DNA of 64,000 nucleotides from Pseudomonadota bacterium (GCA_049323295.1 JBMOON010000040.1:79074-143073); one strand, 5' to 3'; shown: positions 45,159 to 55,053, numbered from the stretch's first letter. The notes: a model not told the origin generated them from the sequence alone. Numbers and translations: made by a program.

Positions 45159-46829
45159 ATGGCCTACGACCACCGCAAATACGCTGCCTACAAACCCGTC
45201 CAGCTCAAGAACCGCCAGTGGCCCGACCGCGTCATCACGAAGACGCCGGACTGGTGTGCAGTCGACCTGCGCGACGGCAACCAGGCGCTGGTCAAGCCGA
45301 TGAACAGCGACCAGAAGACGCGGTTGTTCAAGCTGCTGGTCGACATGGGCTACAAGGAAATCGAAGTCGGTTTTCCGTCCGCGTCGCAGCCGGATTTCGA
45401 TTTCACCCGCAAGATCATCGAGGAAGGCATGGTGCCGGACGGCGTCACCGTACAGATCCTCTGCCAGTGCCGCGAGGACCTGATCAAGCGCAGCTTCGAG
45501 GCGCTCAAGGGTGCGAAGAAGGCCAATGTCCACATCTACAACTCGACCTCCACCGTGCAGCGCGAGCGCGTGTTCGGCCTGGACCGCGAGGCGATCAAGG
45601 CGATCGCCGTGCAGGGTGCGAAGTGGGTCAAGGAATATGCGGCGCAGGCTCCGGAAACGCAGTGGGAGTTCCAGTACTCGCCGGAAAGCTTCACCGGCAC
45701 CGAACTCGAGTACGCCGTCGAGGTGGTGAATGCCGTCATCGACGTGTGGCAGCCGGAGAAAGGCCAGAAGGTGGTGATCAACCTGCCGGCGACGGTGGAG
45801 ATGAGCACGCCGAACATCTACGCCGACATGATCGAATGGATGTGCGCGCACATCAAACACCGCGACAAGGTCCGCGTCAGCCTGCACACGCACAACGACC
45901 GCGGCTGCGGCGTGGCGGCGGCGGAGCTCGGCGTGATGGCCGGCGCCGACCGCATCGAAGGCACGCTGATGGGCAACGGCGAGCGGACCGGCAACATGTG
46001 CCTTGTCACCATGGGCATGAACCTTTATTCGCAGGGCATCGATCCGAAGATCGATTTCTCGGACATGCGCCGCATCATGGACACCGTCGAGTACTGCACC
46101 GAGATCAAGACGCATCCGCGTCATGCCTATGCCGGCGAGCTGGTGTATACCGCATTCAGCGGCAGCCACCAGGACGCGATCCGCAAGTCGCTGTCGAAGC
46201 AGCAGGACAACGAGCCCTGGCAGGTCGCCTACCTGCCGATCGATCCGCGCGATCTCGGCCGTCGCTACGAGGAAGTGGTGCGCATCAACAGTCAGTCCGG
46301 CAAGGGCGGCGTGTTGTACGTGCTGGAGCGTGATTTCGGCATCACCCTGCCGCGCTGGCTGCAGATCGAGTTTTCGCGCGTGGTGCAGCACGAGGCCGAG
46401 CGCACCGGCGGTGAAGTGGAAGGCTCCGCCATCCGCATGCTGTTCGACACGTCCTACGTGACAGAGCCGAATGGTTGGCGCATCGGAAACTACGACATCA
46501 AGCGTGAAGGCGGCCGCGTGCATCTGCAGGCGAACGTCGACGGCGTGAATTTCGTCGGTGAAGGCAACGGCGCCGTCGAGGCGCTGATGGAGGCGATGAA
46601 ACGCATGCACGGTGTCAGCGGCGTGATCGAGGCCTTCGACGAATACGCGCTCGGCAGCGGTACCGAGGCAAATGCCATGGCCTGCATCAAGCTGCGCGTG
46701 GGAGATGAAGTGACGGTCGGCGTCGCGTTGGCCGAAGACACCACCACCGCCACCCTGCAGGCCGTCCTCTCCGCCATGGGCCGGCAACCGGCCGTCCGCC
46801 GCAACGGAACACACGCGAAGGCGGTGTAA
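45159..46829 (+). CDS. leuA: 2-isopropylmalate synthase (long LeuA type)
   Basis: Trimmed to ATG 45159 (MAYDHRKYAAYKPV...). DLRDGNQ, HTHNDRGCGVAA, and the C-terminal LeuA dimerisation/regulatory domain. Confidence 0.95.
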   Translation: MAYDHRKYAAYKPVQLKNRQWPDRVITKTPDWCAVDLRDGNQALVKPMNSDQKTRLFKLLVDMGYKEIEVGFPSASQPDFDFTRKIIEEGMVPDGVTVQILCQCREDLIKRSFEALKGAKKANVHIYNSTSTVQRERVFGLDREAIKAIAVQGAKWVKEYAAQAPETQWEFQYSPESFTGTELEYAVEVVNAVIDVWQPEKGQKVVINLPATVEMSTPNIYADMIEWMCAHIKHRDKVRVSLHTHNDRGCGVAAAELGVMAGADRIEGTLMGNGERTGNMCLVTMGMNLYSQGIDPKIDFSDMRRIMDTVEYCTEIKTHPRHAYAGELVYTAFSGSHQDAIRKSLSKQQDNEPWQVAYLPIDPRDLGRRYEEVVRINSQSGKGGVLYVLERDFGITLPRWLQIEFSRVVQHEAERTGGEVEGSAIRMLFDTSYVTEPNGWRIGNYDIKREGGRVHLQANVDGVNFVGEGNGAVEALMEAMKRMHGVSGVIEAFDEYALGSGTEANAMACIKLRVGDEVTVGVALAEDTTTATLQAVLSAMGRQPAVRRNGTHAKAV

Positions 46830-46924
46830 ACCTGCAGCCTCTCACCGGCGCGGCCGGGTGGCGTGTTGTCCGCAGCGAGCGAGGGAACGCGCCACCCGGG
46901 GCAGCTGGTAGCACGCGTTTGCCG

Positions 46925-47677
46925 TTAAAACTCCAGCGCGCTCTCGCCTTCGAACGCGCCACCGGCACCCCACCGTTTCTCCCGCATCCGCACGCTGCCG
47001 TCGTGTCCGATCAGGAGCACGGTGCTGGCGCGCGTGCCGTACTGGTCGCCCGCAATGAAGATCGACGACAGGGTGCGTTCCATGTCGCGGCCGACGCCGG
47101 TGTCCGGCAGTTCGTGGTCGTCGCCGGGCGTGCGGTCGGCGAGCAGCGCGAACAGCGCGTCCTCGTCGATGTCGGAACGGACGACCTGGGCGTGCAGCAC
47201 TTCGCGGCCGCGCCGCATCTTCGGCCAGTCGTCGGCCAGCATGCCGTTGGAAAGGCCGTAGAGTCCCGGTGCCATCAGGCGCGCCACCTGGCCGCGGTTC
47301 GACCAGTGCCACAGCGAATCGGCATTGCCGGCGAACAGGTTGGTGCCGCCGAACTCGCGGCCCAGCGGATCCAGTTGCTGCACGAAGGAGGCCGGCGGCT
47401 GATCGCCGCAGACGAAATCGCGCACCAGTTCGCCACGCGAGCGGGGGCCGGTGCCGGGCGGGACTTCACGGAAATTGGTGACCGCGGCAAACCGGCCGTC
47501 GGTGCGTGCGGCCAGCCAGCTGCCACCGCCCTTCAGGTCGCGGCCGCCCAGCACGTCGGGCCGGTCGCGCCAGCGCTCCAGTGCGGCCGTCGGGCGCGCG
47601 CGAAACTCGTCGCGGTTGCCGGCGAGCACGAGGCGGTAGCGGGGGTGGGATTTCCAGGCGATGAACAGGACGCACAT
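46925..47677 (-). CDS. NRDE-family (TANGO2-like) protein
   Basis: ATG 47677 gives MCVLFIAWKSHPRYRLVLAGNRDEF, with the eponymous NRDE motif and N-terminal Cys. Confidence 0.8.
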   Translation of the reverse strand: MCVLFIAWKSHPRYRLVLAGNRDEFRARPTAALERWRDRPDVLGGRDLKGGGSWLAARTDGRFAAVTNFREVPPGTGPRSRGELVRDFVCGDQPPASFVQQLDPLGREFGGTNLFAGNADSLWHWSNRGQVARLMAPGLYGLSNGMLADDWPKMRRGREVLHAQVVRSDIDEDALFALLADRTPGDDHELPDTGVGRDMERTLSSIFIAGDQYGTRASTVLLIGHDGSVRMREKRWGAGGAFEGESALEF

Positions 47678-47768
47678 GGCGGCATGATAATGCAGCCGCA
47701 AGCCGTTGATCCCGGGTCGCCGCCGCTATAATCCCGCGACCTGTCCGCCCCCGATTCCGGAAACCCCC

Positions 47769-48587
47769 GTGCTTGTCCATCCGCAACCCGATCCCGTTGC
47801 CTTCTCCCTCGGCCCGCTGGGTGTCCACTGGTACGGGCTGATGTACCTGCTCGGTTTCGTCGCCGCGTTGTGGCTCGGGCGGCGACGGACGCGGCAGGAA
47901 TGGCGCAACTGGACCGCGATCCAGGTCGACGACCTGATTTTCTACGCTGCGCTGGGGGTGATTCTCGGCGGCCGTATCGGTTACGTACTGTTCTACGATT
48001 TCGCACATTTCCTGCAGGATCCGCTGTCGCTGTTCGTGCTGTGGAAGGGCGGCATGAGTTTCCATGGCGGCTTCCTTGGCGTGATGGTTGCGGTGTGGGT
48101 GTTTGCCCGCAAATACCACAAGGCCTACTGGGATGTGGTCGACTTCACGGCGCCGCTGGTGCCCATCGGGCTCGGTGCCGGCCGCATCGGCAATTTCATC
48201 AACGGCGAGCTGCCGGGCCGCCCGGCGGATCCCGATCTCTGGTGGTCGATGGTCTATCCGCAGTTCGATGCGGTAGCGCGGCATCCGTCGGCGTTGTATC
48301 AGGCCGTCACCGAGGGCGTGTTGCTGTTCCTGCTGGTGTGGGTCTTCTCGCGCCGGCCACGGCCGCGTTACGCCACGTCCGGACTGTTCGCGCTCGGATA
48401 CGGATCCTTCCGTTTCGCGACCGAGTTTTTCCGCACGCCGGACGCGCATCTCGGTTTCGTCGCCTTCGGCTGGATGACGATGGGGCAGGTGCTGAGCGTG
48501 CCGCTGATCCTGGTGGGCGTGTTCCTGCTGTGGCTGGGCTACCGCAAGCGCATCATGCCGGTGCTGGCCGGAGGAGCGGGCAAGTGA
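47769..48587 (+). CDS. lgt: phosphatidylglycerol-prolipoprotein diacylglyceryl transferase
   Basis: GTG 47769. ...[11 protein letters not shown]..., GGMSFHGG, ...[11 protein letters not shown]... motifs. Confidence 0.9.
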   Translation: MLVHPQPDPVAFSLGPLGVHWYGLMYLLGFVAALWLGRRRTRQEWRNWTAIQVDDLIFYAALGVILGGRIGYVLFYDFAHFLQDPLSLFVLWKGGMSFHGGFLGVMVAVWVFARKYHKAYWDVVDFTAPLVPIGLGAGRIGNFINGELPGRPADPDLWWSMVYPQFDAVARHPSALYQAVTEGVLLFLLVWVFSRRPRPRYATSGLFALGYGSFRFATEFFRTPDAHLGFVAFGWMTMGQVLSVPLILVGVFLLWLGYRKRIMPVLAGGAGK

Positions 48588-49378
48588 AACAGTACCTGGA
48601 CCTGATGCGCCACGTGCGCGAGCACGGCACGTACAAGAGCGACCGTACGGGGACCGGAACGTACAGCGTGTTCGGCCACCAGATGCGCTTCGATCTGGCC
48701 GAAGGATTTCCGGTCGTCACCACGAAAAAGGTCCACCTGAAATCGATCATCCACGAATTGCTGTGGTTCCTGCAGGGCGATACCAACATCCGCTACCTCA
48801 AGGAAAACGGCGTTTCGATCTGGGATGAGTGGGCGAAAGAGGGCGGCGAGCTGGGGCCGGTCTACGGCTACCAGTGGCGCTCCTGGCCGGCACCGAACGG
48901 CGAGCACATCGACCAGATCGCGCAGGTGGTCGCACAGATCCGGTCGAATCCGGATTCGCGTCGCCTGATCGTCAGTGCCTGGAACGTCGCCGACATCCCG
49001 AAGATGGCGCTGGCGCCGTGCCATGCGTTTTTCCAGTTCTACGTGGCCGACGGCAAACTGAGCTGCCAGCTGTACCAGCGCAGCGCCGACATTTTCCTTG
49101 GCGTGCCGTTCAACATTGCCAGCTACGCGCTGCTGACCATGATGGTGGCGCAGGTCTGCGAGCTGCAGCCGGGCGATTTCGTCTGGACCGGCGGCGACTG
49201 CCACCTGTACAGCAATCATCTGGAGCAGGCCGACCTGCAGCTGTCGCGCACGCCGCTGCCGCTGCCGCGCATGCGAATCAATCCGGCGGTGAAGGATATC
49301 TTCGGGTTCCGTTACGAGGACTTCACGCTGGAAGGTTACGAGTCGCACCCGCACATCAAGGCGCCGGTCGCGGTGTAG
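48584..49378 (+). CDS. thyA: thymidylate synthase
   Basis: GTG 48584 overlaps the lgt stop (GTGA), with GGAGGAG upstream. 264 aa with [11 protein letters not shown]..., catalytic Cys in [12 protein letters not shown], and [18 protein letters not shown]. Confidence 0.95.
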   Translation: MKQYLDLMRHVREHGTYKSDRTGTGTYSVFGHQMRFDLAEGFPVVTTKKVHLKSIIHELLWFLQGDTNIRYLKENGVSIWDEWAKEGGELGPVYGYQWRSWPAPNGEHIDQIAQVVAQIRSNPDSRRLIVSAWNVADIPKMALAPCHAFFQFYVADGKLSCQLYQRSADIFLGVPFNIASYALLTMMVAQVCELQPGDFVWTGGDCHLYSNHLEQADLQLSRTPLPLPRMRINPAVKDIFGFRYEDFTLEGYESHPHIKAPVAV

Positions 49379-49388
49379 GTCGGCGGAC

Positions 49389-50501
49389 ATGCGCATCGGC
49401 GTCCCGAAGGAAATCAAGGAATCGGAATTCCGCGTCGGACTGACGCCGGCGGGCGCTGCTTCACTGGTCCGGCACGGGCACCGGGTGCTGGTCGAGCGCG
49501 ACGCGGGAGCCGGCGCCGGTTTTTCCGACGCGCAGTACATCGAGTCCGGCGCGCAGATCGCCGACGCGCCGGCCGGCGTGTATGCGGGTGCCGACCTCAT
49601 CGTGAAGGTGAAAGAGCCGCAGCCGTCCGAGTATCCGCTGATTACGGCCCGGCACACCGTATTCGCCTATCTGCACCTGGCGTCGTCGCGCGAACTCACG
49701 GAAGCACTGTTGGCCACCGGCGCCACGTTCATCGCCTACGAGACGGTCACCGATGCTTTCGGTCGCCTGCCGCTGCTGGCGCCGATGAGCGAAGTCGCCG
49801 GCCGCATGGCGATCCAGGCCGGTGCGCACAGCCTGGAAAAAGCGCAGGGCGGCAAGGGTGTGCTGCTTGGCGGTGTTACCAGCGTGCCGCCGGGGCGGGT
49901 GCTGATTTTCGGCGCCGGCGTCGTTGGTACCAACGCCGCGCAGATTGCGGTCGGCATGGGTGCCCAGGTCACGCTGCTCGACCTGGCGCTGCCGCGACTG
50001 GCGGTGATCCGCGAGCGTTTCGGTGGCCGCGTCGCTACCGTGCACGGCGGTCACGAAAAAATCCCGGAACTGGTGCGCGAGGCCGACCTGATCGTCGGCG
50101 CGGTGCTGGTGCCCGGCAGCGCGGCACCGAAACTGCTCGACCGTGCGCTGCTGCATGAGCTGGAACCAGGCACCGTGCTGGTGGATGTGTCGATCGACCA
50201 GGGCGGCTGCTTCGAAACCAGCCGGCCGACCACGCACCGCAATCCCACCTACGTCCGCGACGGCATCGTGCATTACTGCGTCGCCAACATTCCCGGCGCG
50301 GTACCGCAGACCGCGACGCGGGCACTGACCAACGCGACGCTCTTCCACCTGCAGGCGCTGGCCAATCAGGGCGTGCCGGAAGCACTGGAGAGTGACCCGC
50401 ACCTGCGTGCCGGTTTGAACATTCATGCCGGCCGCCTGTGCAGTGCCGCTGTCGGCGAATCGCTGGGCCTGCCGTGGGCGGCGCCGGGCAAGCTGGCATG
50501 A
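49389..50501 (+). CDS. ald: alanine dehydrogenase
   Basis: 370 aa. [21 protein letters not shown]-terminus and the [10 protein letters not shown] Rossmann motif. Confidence 0.95.
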   Translation: MRIGVPKEIKESEFRVGLTPAGAASLVRHGHRVLVERDAGAGAGFSDAQYIESGAQIADAPAGVYAGADLIVKVKEPQPSEYPLITARHTVFAYLHLASSRELTEALLATGATFIAYETVTDAFGRLPLLAPMSEVAGRMAIQAGAHSLEKAQGGKGVLLGGVTSVPPGRVLIFGAGVVGTNAAQIAVGMGAQVTLLDLALPRLAVIRERFGGRVATVHGGHEKIPELVREADLIVGAVLVPGSAAPKLLDRALLHELEPGTVLVDVSIDQGGCFETSRPTTHRNPTYVRDGIVHYCVANIPGAVPQTATRALTNATLFHLQALANQGVPEALESDPHLRAGLNIHAGRLCSAAVGESLGLPWAAPGKLA

Positions 50502-51007
50502 GCCTGCGGTTGTCGCTGATCGCCGCGCTGGCGGACAACGGCGTCATCGGGCGCGACAACAAACTGCCGTGGCATCTGCCCGGCGACCTGAAATATTTCA
50601 AGGCCGTCACGCTCGGCAAGCCGGTGATCATGGGACGGAAAACCTGGGAGTCCCTCGGGCGTCCGCTGCCGGGCCGCACCAATATCGTGATCACCCGTCG
50701 TCGTGACTATGCGCCGCCGGGTGCGAAGGTGGCGGGTTCGCTGGAGGAGGCGCTGCGGCTGGCCGGCCAGGTGGCGCTGATCGACGGCGTCGATGAATGC
50801 GTGGTGATCGGCGGTGCCGAAATCTATGCGCAGGCATTGCCGCGCTGCGACCGGATGTACCTCACCGAAGTGCATGCCGATGTGGCGGGCGACGCGTTCT
50901 TCCCGTCATTCGACCGCGCGCAGTGGCGGGAAACGAAGCGCGAGCGGCATGCGGCGGAAGGGCCGAATCCGTACGACTACAGCCTGGTGGTGTACGAGCG
51001 CCGTTGA
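50498..51007 (+). CDS. folA: dihydrofolate reductase
   Basis: ATG 50498 overlaps the ald stop (ATGA). LIAALADNGVIGRDNKLPWHLPGDLKYFKAVTLGKPVIMGRKTWESL. Confidence 0.9.
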   Translation: MSLRLSLIAALADNGVIGRDNKLPWHLPGDLKYFKAVTLGKPVIMGRKTWESLGRPLPGRTNIVITRRRDYAPPGAKVAGSLEEALRLAGQVALIDGVDECVVIGGAEIYAQALPRCDRMYLTEVHADVAGDAFFPSFDRAQWRETKRERHAAEGPNPYDYSLVVYERR

Positions 51008-51028
51008 GGTCTGCCGGCGGTCCGGCGA

Positions 51029-51460
51029 TCAGGATGCGCGTGGCTCGACGACGATTTCCGTTTTCACCGAATTGGCGATGAAACAGTCGTGGTTGGCCTT
51101 TTCGTGCAGCTGCTGCAGCTCTTCGAGCGTCGGCCGTGCGTCGCCGGTAAAAATCACCGTCGGGCGCAGCACGACGCGGGTGACGGCGATGCGGCCCGCC
51201 GAATTCTTTTCCAGCACGCCGAAGGCATCGTCTTCGTAGCCGCTGACATGGAAGCCGGCCTTGGCGGCAGCGGCCAGGAACGACAGCAAATGGCAGCTCG
51301 ACAACGAGCCGACGAAGGCTTCTTCGGGGTCGAGGAAGCGTGCCGCCTCTTCCGGAGTCGCCGTCGAACCGATGATTTCCGTGCCGTCGTCGAGTATCCA
51401 GCGATAACGCTCGCTGCCTGATGCCGCTTCCCAGCCGACCTTGATGTGGTATTGCGCCAT
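51029..51460 (-). CDS. OsmC-family peroxiredoxin-like protein
   Basis: Trimmed to ATG 51460. Two conserved Cys contexts (SLSSCHLLSF and ANHDCFIANSV) typical of OsmC/Ohr-fold proteins. Confidence 0.8.
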   Translation of the reverse strand: MAQYHIKVGWEAASGSERYRWILDDGTEIIGSTATPEEAARFLDPEEAFVGSLSSCHLLSFLAAAAKAGFHVSGYEDDAFGVLEKNSAGRIAVTRVVLRPTVIFTGDARPTLEELQQLHEKANHDCFIANSVKTEIVVEPRAS

Positions 51461-51591
51461 GCGGCGAGCCTCGTCGCGTTCTTTTATTTGTCTGTCAGCC
51501 CGTCGGGGGCGGCCCAACACTAGCAGGTTTGGGGTACCGCCCGGAATGGATTGTCAGACATCCGTGCCAGCGGGTCGGTCGCGCCGGACTG

Positions 51592-52071
51592 TCACCAGAA
51601 GTACTTGCCCCACAGTTCCGGGTTGGCCCAGAAGCGCGGGTTGTTCCATTCGCGCTCGTGGTTGTAGGTGGCGAGATCGTAGCTGTAGAGCGCGAGTGTG
51701 CGCTGGCCGTCGCCGAGGTCGGCATCGTGGCGGAAACCGAGAGCGATGAAGTCGTCGAGCGTCCACTCCGCCGCGCTGTGCGCGTGATCGATGAACACGA
51801 TCAGCTGCGCGGCGTGCAGGTTGCGCAGCCGCCCCAGCACCGACAGGCCGTCGGCTTTCGGCAGGTGCTCGAGGAAATCCGCGACCAGCGCGCAGTCGTA
51901 GCGCGTTTCGCCGGCGAGATCGCTTACCGAAACGACGTCGTCGCGAACGGTGACCTGCAGGCCGGATCCGGCGCTGCGGGCGAAAGCGGGCGCCGGCTGC
52001 GCGCTGAGGTACAGCAGATGCTGTGGCCGGAAGGCGGCCAGACGGGCTTCGAGCGCGGCGAGCGGGGTCAT
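51592..52071 (-). CDS. conserved hypothetical protein
   Basis: Trimmed to ATG 52071 (MTPLAALEARL...). 159 aa ending ...NPRFWANPELWGKYFW. Codon usage is consistent with coding. The family is not confidently recognised. Confidence 0.55.
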   Translation of the reverse strand: MTPLAALEARLAAFRPQHLLYLSAQPAPAFARSAGSGLQVTVRDDVVSVSDLAGETRYDCALVADFLEHLPKADGLSVLGRLRNLHAAQLIVFIDHAHSAAEWTLDDFIALGFRHDADLGDGQRTLALYSYDLATYNHEREWNNPRFWANPELWGKYFW

Positions 52072-52129
52072 CGGCGAGAGCGGGGGAGCGGGCGGGGCGC
52101 CGATTATGCCCCGCGCCGCACCCCGGCGC

Positions 52130-52546
52130 TCAGCGCCGGCTGGCCAGCCAGGCGCCGGCGAGCATCGCCGGCAGGAAGACCCACGCGCTCCACAGGCCGA
52201 GGCCCGCCGACACCAGCGCCGGTCCCGGACAGTAACCGGCGAGACCCCAGCCCACGCCGAACAGCGCCGCACCGCCGAGCAGGCGGCGATCGATGTTGCG
52301 CGCCGGCGGCGCCGGGAGACTGCCGCCGAACAACGGCTTGCCGCGCCGGTTGGCGAGGGCGAAGCCCGGCACCCCCACGGCCAGGGCCGCGAGCATCACG
52401 AACAGCAGGGTCGGGTCCCAGCCGGGACCCAGGGTAAGGAAGGCCAGGACTCTTGCCGGGTCGGCGAGTCCGGACAGTACAAGGCCGGCACCGAACAGCA
52501 GGCCGGCGAGGGCGCTGGTGGCGAGCGACAGGCGGGTCGTGTTCAT
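52130..52546 (-). CDS. YeeE/YedE-family half-size sulfur-compound transporter subunit
   Basis: Trimmed to ATG 52546 (MNTTRLSL...). 138 aa, 4 TM helices, conserved GLAGYCPGP motif. Confidence 0.8.
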   Translation of the reverse strand: MNTTRLSLATSALAGLLFGAGLVLSGLADPARVLAFLTLGPGWDPTLLFVMLAALAVGVPGFALANRRGKPLFGGSLPAPPARNIDRRLLGGAALFGVGWGLAGYCPGPALVSAGLGLWSAWVFLPAMLAGAWLASRR

Positions 52547-52556
52547 GGCGCCTCCG

Positions 52557-52988
52557 TCAGGACAGCAGCAGCGGGCGCAGCAGGGTGGCAGCCGCCATCC
52601 CGACACCCATGAAGACCACGGTGGCGACCAGTGACCGCGGCGACAGCCGGGCGACACCGCAAACGCCGTGACCGCTGGTGCAGCCGTTGCCCAGCCGGGT
52701 GCCGATACCGGTGAGCAGGCCGGCGGCGGCCAGCAGGGCGATGCCGCCGGCCGTCGGTGCGCCGGGCATGGCTGGACCCTGGCCGAAACCGGCGACCGCC
52801 AGCCAGCCGCCGGCGATCAGGCCGCCGAGGAAAAGCAGGCGCCACCAGCGATCCGCGCCGGTGGCCGGATCAAGCAGCAGTCCATAGGTAATGCCGCTGA
52901 TGCCGGCGATGCGGCCCAGTGCGACATACAGCAGGACGGCGGCGCTGCCGATGAGCAGACCGCCGGCGACGGGTTGCAACAGGTCCAC
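52557..52988 (-). CDS. YeeE/YedE-family half-size sulfur-compound transporter subunit
   Basis: GTG start with GAGGAG upstream. 143 aa with conserved [12 protein letters not shown] motif. Confidence 0.8.
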   Translation of the reverse strand: MDLLQPVAGGLLIGSAAVLLYVALGRIAGISGITYGLLLDPATGADRWWRLLFLGGLIAGGWLAVAGFGQGPAMPGAPTAGGIALLAAAGLLTGIGTRLGNGCTSGHGVCGVARLSPRSLVATVVFMGVGMAAATLLRPLLLS

Positions 52989-53006
52989 GGGATACTCCTC
53001 TTGAGA

Positions 53007-53026
53007 ATATACCCCCTAGGGTATAT
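53007..53026. promoter_or_regulatory. candidate CsoR-family operator in the yeeE / csoR-like divergent promoter
   Basis: ATATACCC-ccta-GGGTATAT. Perfect 8-bp arms with a 4-nt spacer. AT-rich ends flanking C/G tracts, as in described CsoR-family operators. Confidence 0.55.
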
Positions 53027-53099
53027 AAGGAGGCCATTGGATGCAAGCGCGGACGTTTCCGTCCGCCATGAAAACAACCCACAGACGGAAGAGGCGGAC

Positions 53100-53372
53100 A
53101 TGCAGGACTGGCAGGCGGGCAAGGCCAAGGTGCTGTCGCGGTTGCGGCGTGCCGAGGGCCAGGTGCGCGCGGTAACGGCGATGGTCGAGCGCGAGGAGGA
53201 TTGCGAGCAGGTTGCACAGCAGCTGGCCGCGGCGCGCAAGGCGCTCGATCGCGCCTTCTTCGACCTCATGGCATGCATGACGCAGCGCGAATTGTCGGCG
53301 GCCGGCGTGCAGCAGCCGAAGGTGCTGACGAAGCTGGCGCAGCTCAACGAGCTGCTGGCCCGCTACGGTTGA
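53100..53372 (+). CDS. CsoR/RcnR/FrmR-family metalloregulator-fold repressor, His-free two-Cys (CstR-like) variant
   Basis: 90 aa from ATG 53100: ...LSRLRRAEGQVRAVTAMVEREEDCEQVAQQLAAARKALDRAFFDLMACM... Family helix pattern with Cys35 and Cys59 and no histidine anywhere. An in-frame TTG at 37 is an alternative start. Confidence 0.8.
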   Translation: MQDWQAGKAKVLSRLRRAEGQVRAVTAMVEREEDCEQVAQQLAAARKALDRAFFDLMACMTQRELSAAGVQQPKVLTKLAQLNELLARYG

Positions 53373-53376
53373 TGTC

Positions 53377-54210
53377 ATGGACGTCCTGACGCTGCTCGCC
53401 GGCGCGCTGGCCGGCCTCGTGCTCGGGTTGACCGGCGCCGGTGGTTCGGTGCTTGCCATCCCGTTGCTGGTGTACGTGCTCGGCTGGTCGTTCGTCGATG
53501 CGGTGCCGGTGGCGCTGCTCGCGGTGAGCGTGGCGGCGGCGACCGGTGCGGCGCTGGCCTGGAACAGTGGCCTCGTGCGCTGGCGGGCGGCGCTGGTGCT
53601 CGCGGGTTTCGGCGCGCTCACCACTGCCGCGGGCCTCGCGACGGCAGCGCGCCTGCCGGCAACGTGGCTGCTGGCCGCTTTTGCCGTCGTGACGGCAATC
53701 GTGGCGTGGCGGATGTGGCGGCAGGCCCGGATTGAACCGGCGGCGGCCGGTGTCGTGCGTGCCGGTCTCGGCGTCCGCGACGACGGCAGCCGCATCGCCT
53801 GTGCCGTTGATCCGGACACCGGTCGCCTGCGCTGGAACGCGCGCTGCTTTTCCGTGATTGCCGCGACCGGCGCGCTCACCGGATATCTCGGCGGCGCGCT
53901 GGGGGTCGGCGGCGGTTTCGTGATTGTGCCGGCCTTGCGGGCCAGGACGGGTCTGGGCATGCATGCCGCCGTCGCCACCTCGTTGCTGGCAATTGCGTTG
54001 ACCAGCGCGGCCGGTGTCGTTGCTGCCGGTTTTGCCGGCCGCTTTCCGCCGCTGCCGGTCGCGGCGCCGTTTGTTCTCGGGGCGCTGGCCGGCATGGTGG
54101 CCGGCCGCTTCATCGCACCGCGCATTGCCGGCGCCGCGCTGCAGAAATTCTTCGCCGTCACGATGCTTGCCGTTGCCATCGGCATGGCTTTCGATGCGCT
54201 GCTTTCCTGA
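53377..54210 (+). CDS. TauE/SafE-family sulfite/organosulfonate exporter
   Basis: 277 aa. A repeated 4-TM unit with GxGGG motifs (LTGAGGSVLAIPLL and LGGALGVGGGFVIVPAL). Confidence 0.85.
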   Translation: MDVLTLLAGALAGLVLGLTGAGGSVLAIPLLVYVLGWSFVDAVPVALLAVSVAAATGAALAWNSGLVRWRAALVLAGFGALTTAAGLATAARLPATWLLAAFAVVTAIVAWRMWRQARIEPAAAGVVRAGLGVRDDGSRIACAVDPDTGRLRWNARCFSVIAATGALTGYLGGALGVGGGFVIVPALRARTGLGMHAAVATSLLAIALTSAAGVVAAGFAGRFPPLPVAAPFVLGALAGMVAGRFIAPRIAGAALQKFFAVTMLAVAIGMAFDALLS

Positions 54211-54225
54211 ACAAAGGAGGTTGTC

Positions 54226-54939
54226 ATGATCTTCCGTCAGTTTTTCGATGCCGCGAGCAGCACCTATACCTATCTGCTGGGCGCGAAGTCCGGCGGCGAG
54301 GCGCTGCTGATCGATCCGGTGAAGGAGAACGTGCCGCAGTACCTGCAGGCGATCGAACAGCTGGGCCTGAAACTCGTGCGCGCGATCGACACTCACACCC
54401 ATGCCGACCACATCACCGGTCTGGGCGAACTGCGCGACCGCACCGGCTGCGTCACGGTGATGGGCGAGCGTTCGCAGGCCGAATGCGTGTCGCAACGGGT
54501 ACGCGACGGCGAGTTCATCGATGTCGGCGGCCTGCGGCTGCAGGCGCTCTACACACCCGGCCACACCGACGAGTCGTTCAGCTTCGTACTGGATCCGGCG
54601 CGGCCGCGCGCGGTGTTCACCGGCGACGTCCTGCTGATCCGGGGTTCCGGCCGCACCGATTTCCAGAGCGGCAATGCGCACCAGTCCTGGCGATCGATCA
54701 CCGAAACCCTGTTCCGGCTGCCGGACGAAACACTGGTGTACCCGGGTCATGACTACCGCGGCTGGACGGCCTCGAGCATCGGCGAGGAAAAACGGTTCAA
54801 TCCGCGTATTGCCGGCCGCAGCGAATCCGAGTACGTCGTGATCATGAACGGCCTGCACCTCCCCGACCCGCGGCTGATGGACATTGCCGTTCCGGCCAAT
54901 CTGGCCTGCGGCAAGGCGCAGGCGGCCGGCATCGGCTGA
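54226..54939 (+). CDS. persulfide dioxygenase (ETHE1-like MBL-fold)
   Basis: AAGGAGG Shine-Dalgarno. MIFRQFFD..STYTYLL N-terminus, HTHADH metal motif, TPGHTDES, ...GRTDFQ..., and VYPGHDY, typical of ETHE1/PDO. Confidence 0.85.
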   Translation: MIFRQFFDAASSTYTYLLGAKSGGEALLIDPVKENVPQYLQAIEQLGLKLVRAIDTHTHADHITGLGELRDRTGCVTVMGERSQAECVSQRVRDGEFIDVGGLRLQALYTPGHTDESFSFVLDPARPRAVFTGDVLLIRGSGRTDFQSGNAHQSWRSITETLFRLPDETLVYPGHDYRGWTASSIGEEKRFNPRIAGRSESEYVVIMNGLHLPDPRLMDIAVPANLACGKAQAAGIG

Positions 54940-55053
54940 GCGCCTGCCTGCCGCCGGACGGCATGCCGGGAAAATCGCGACCTGCTAGGCTTTGCCGCCC
55001 GCGATGCAAAACGAGGCGCGCGGGCGACGACCCGGATCACGCCTGGAGGTTTC

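Noticed and set aside
53041-53178. 45-codon ORF starting 7 nt after a strong AAGGAGG (53027-53033)
   Set aside because: The translation is extremely Arg-rich (MQARTFPSAMKTTHRRKRRTCRTGRRARPR...) and out of frame with, yet overlapping, the well-supported CsoR-family gene. The Shine-Dalgarno-like string may instead serve an in-frame TTG (53037) alternative start of the regulator.
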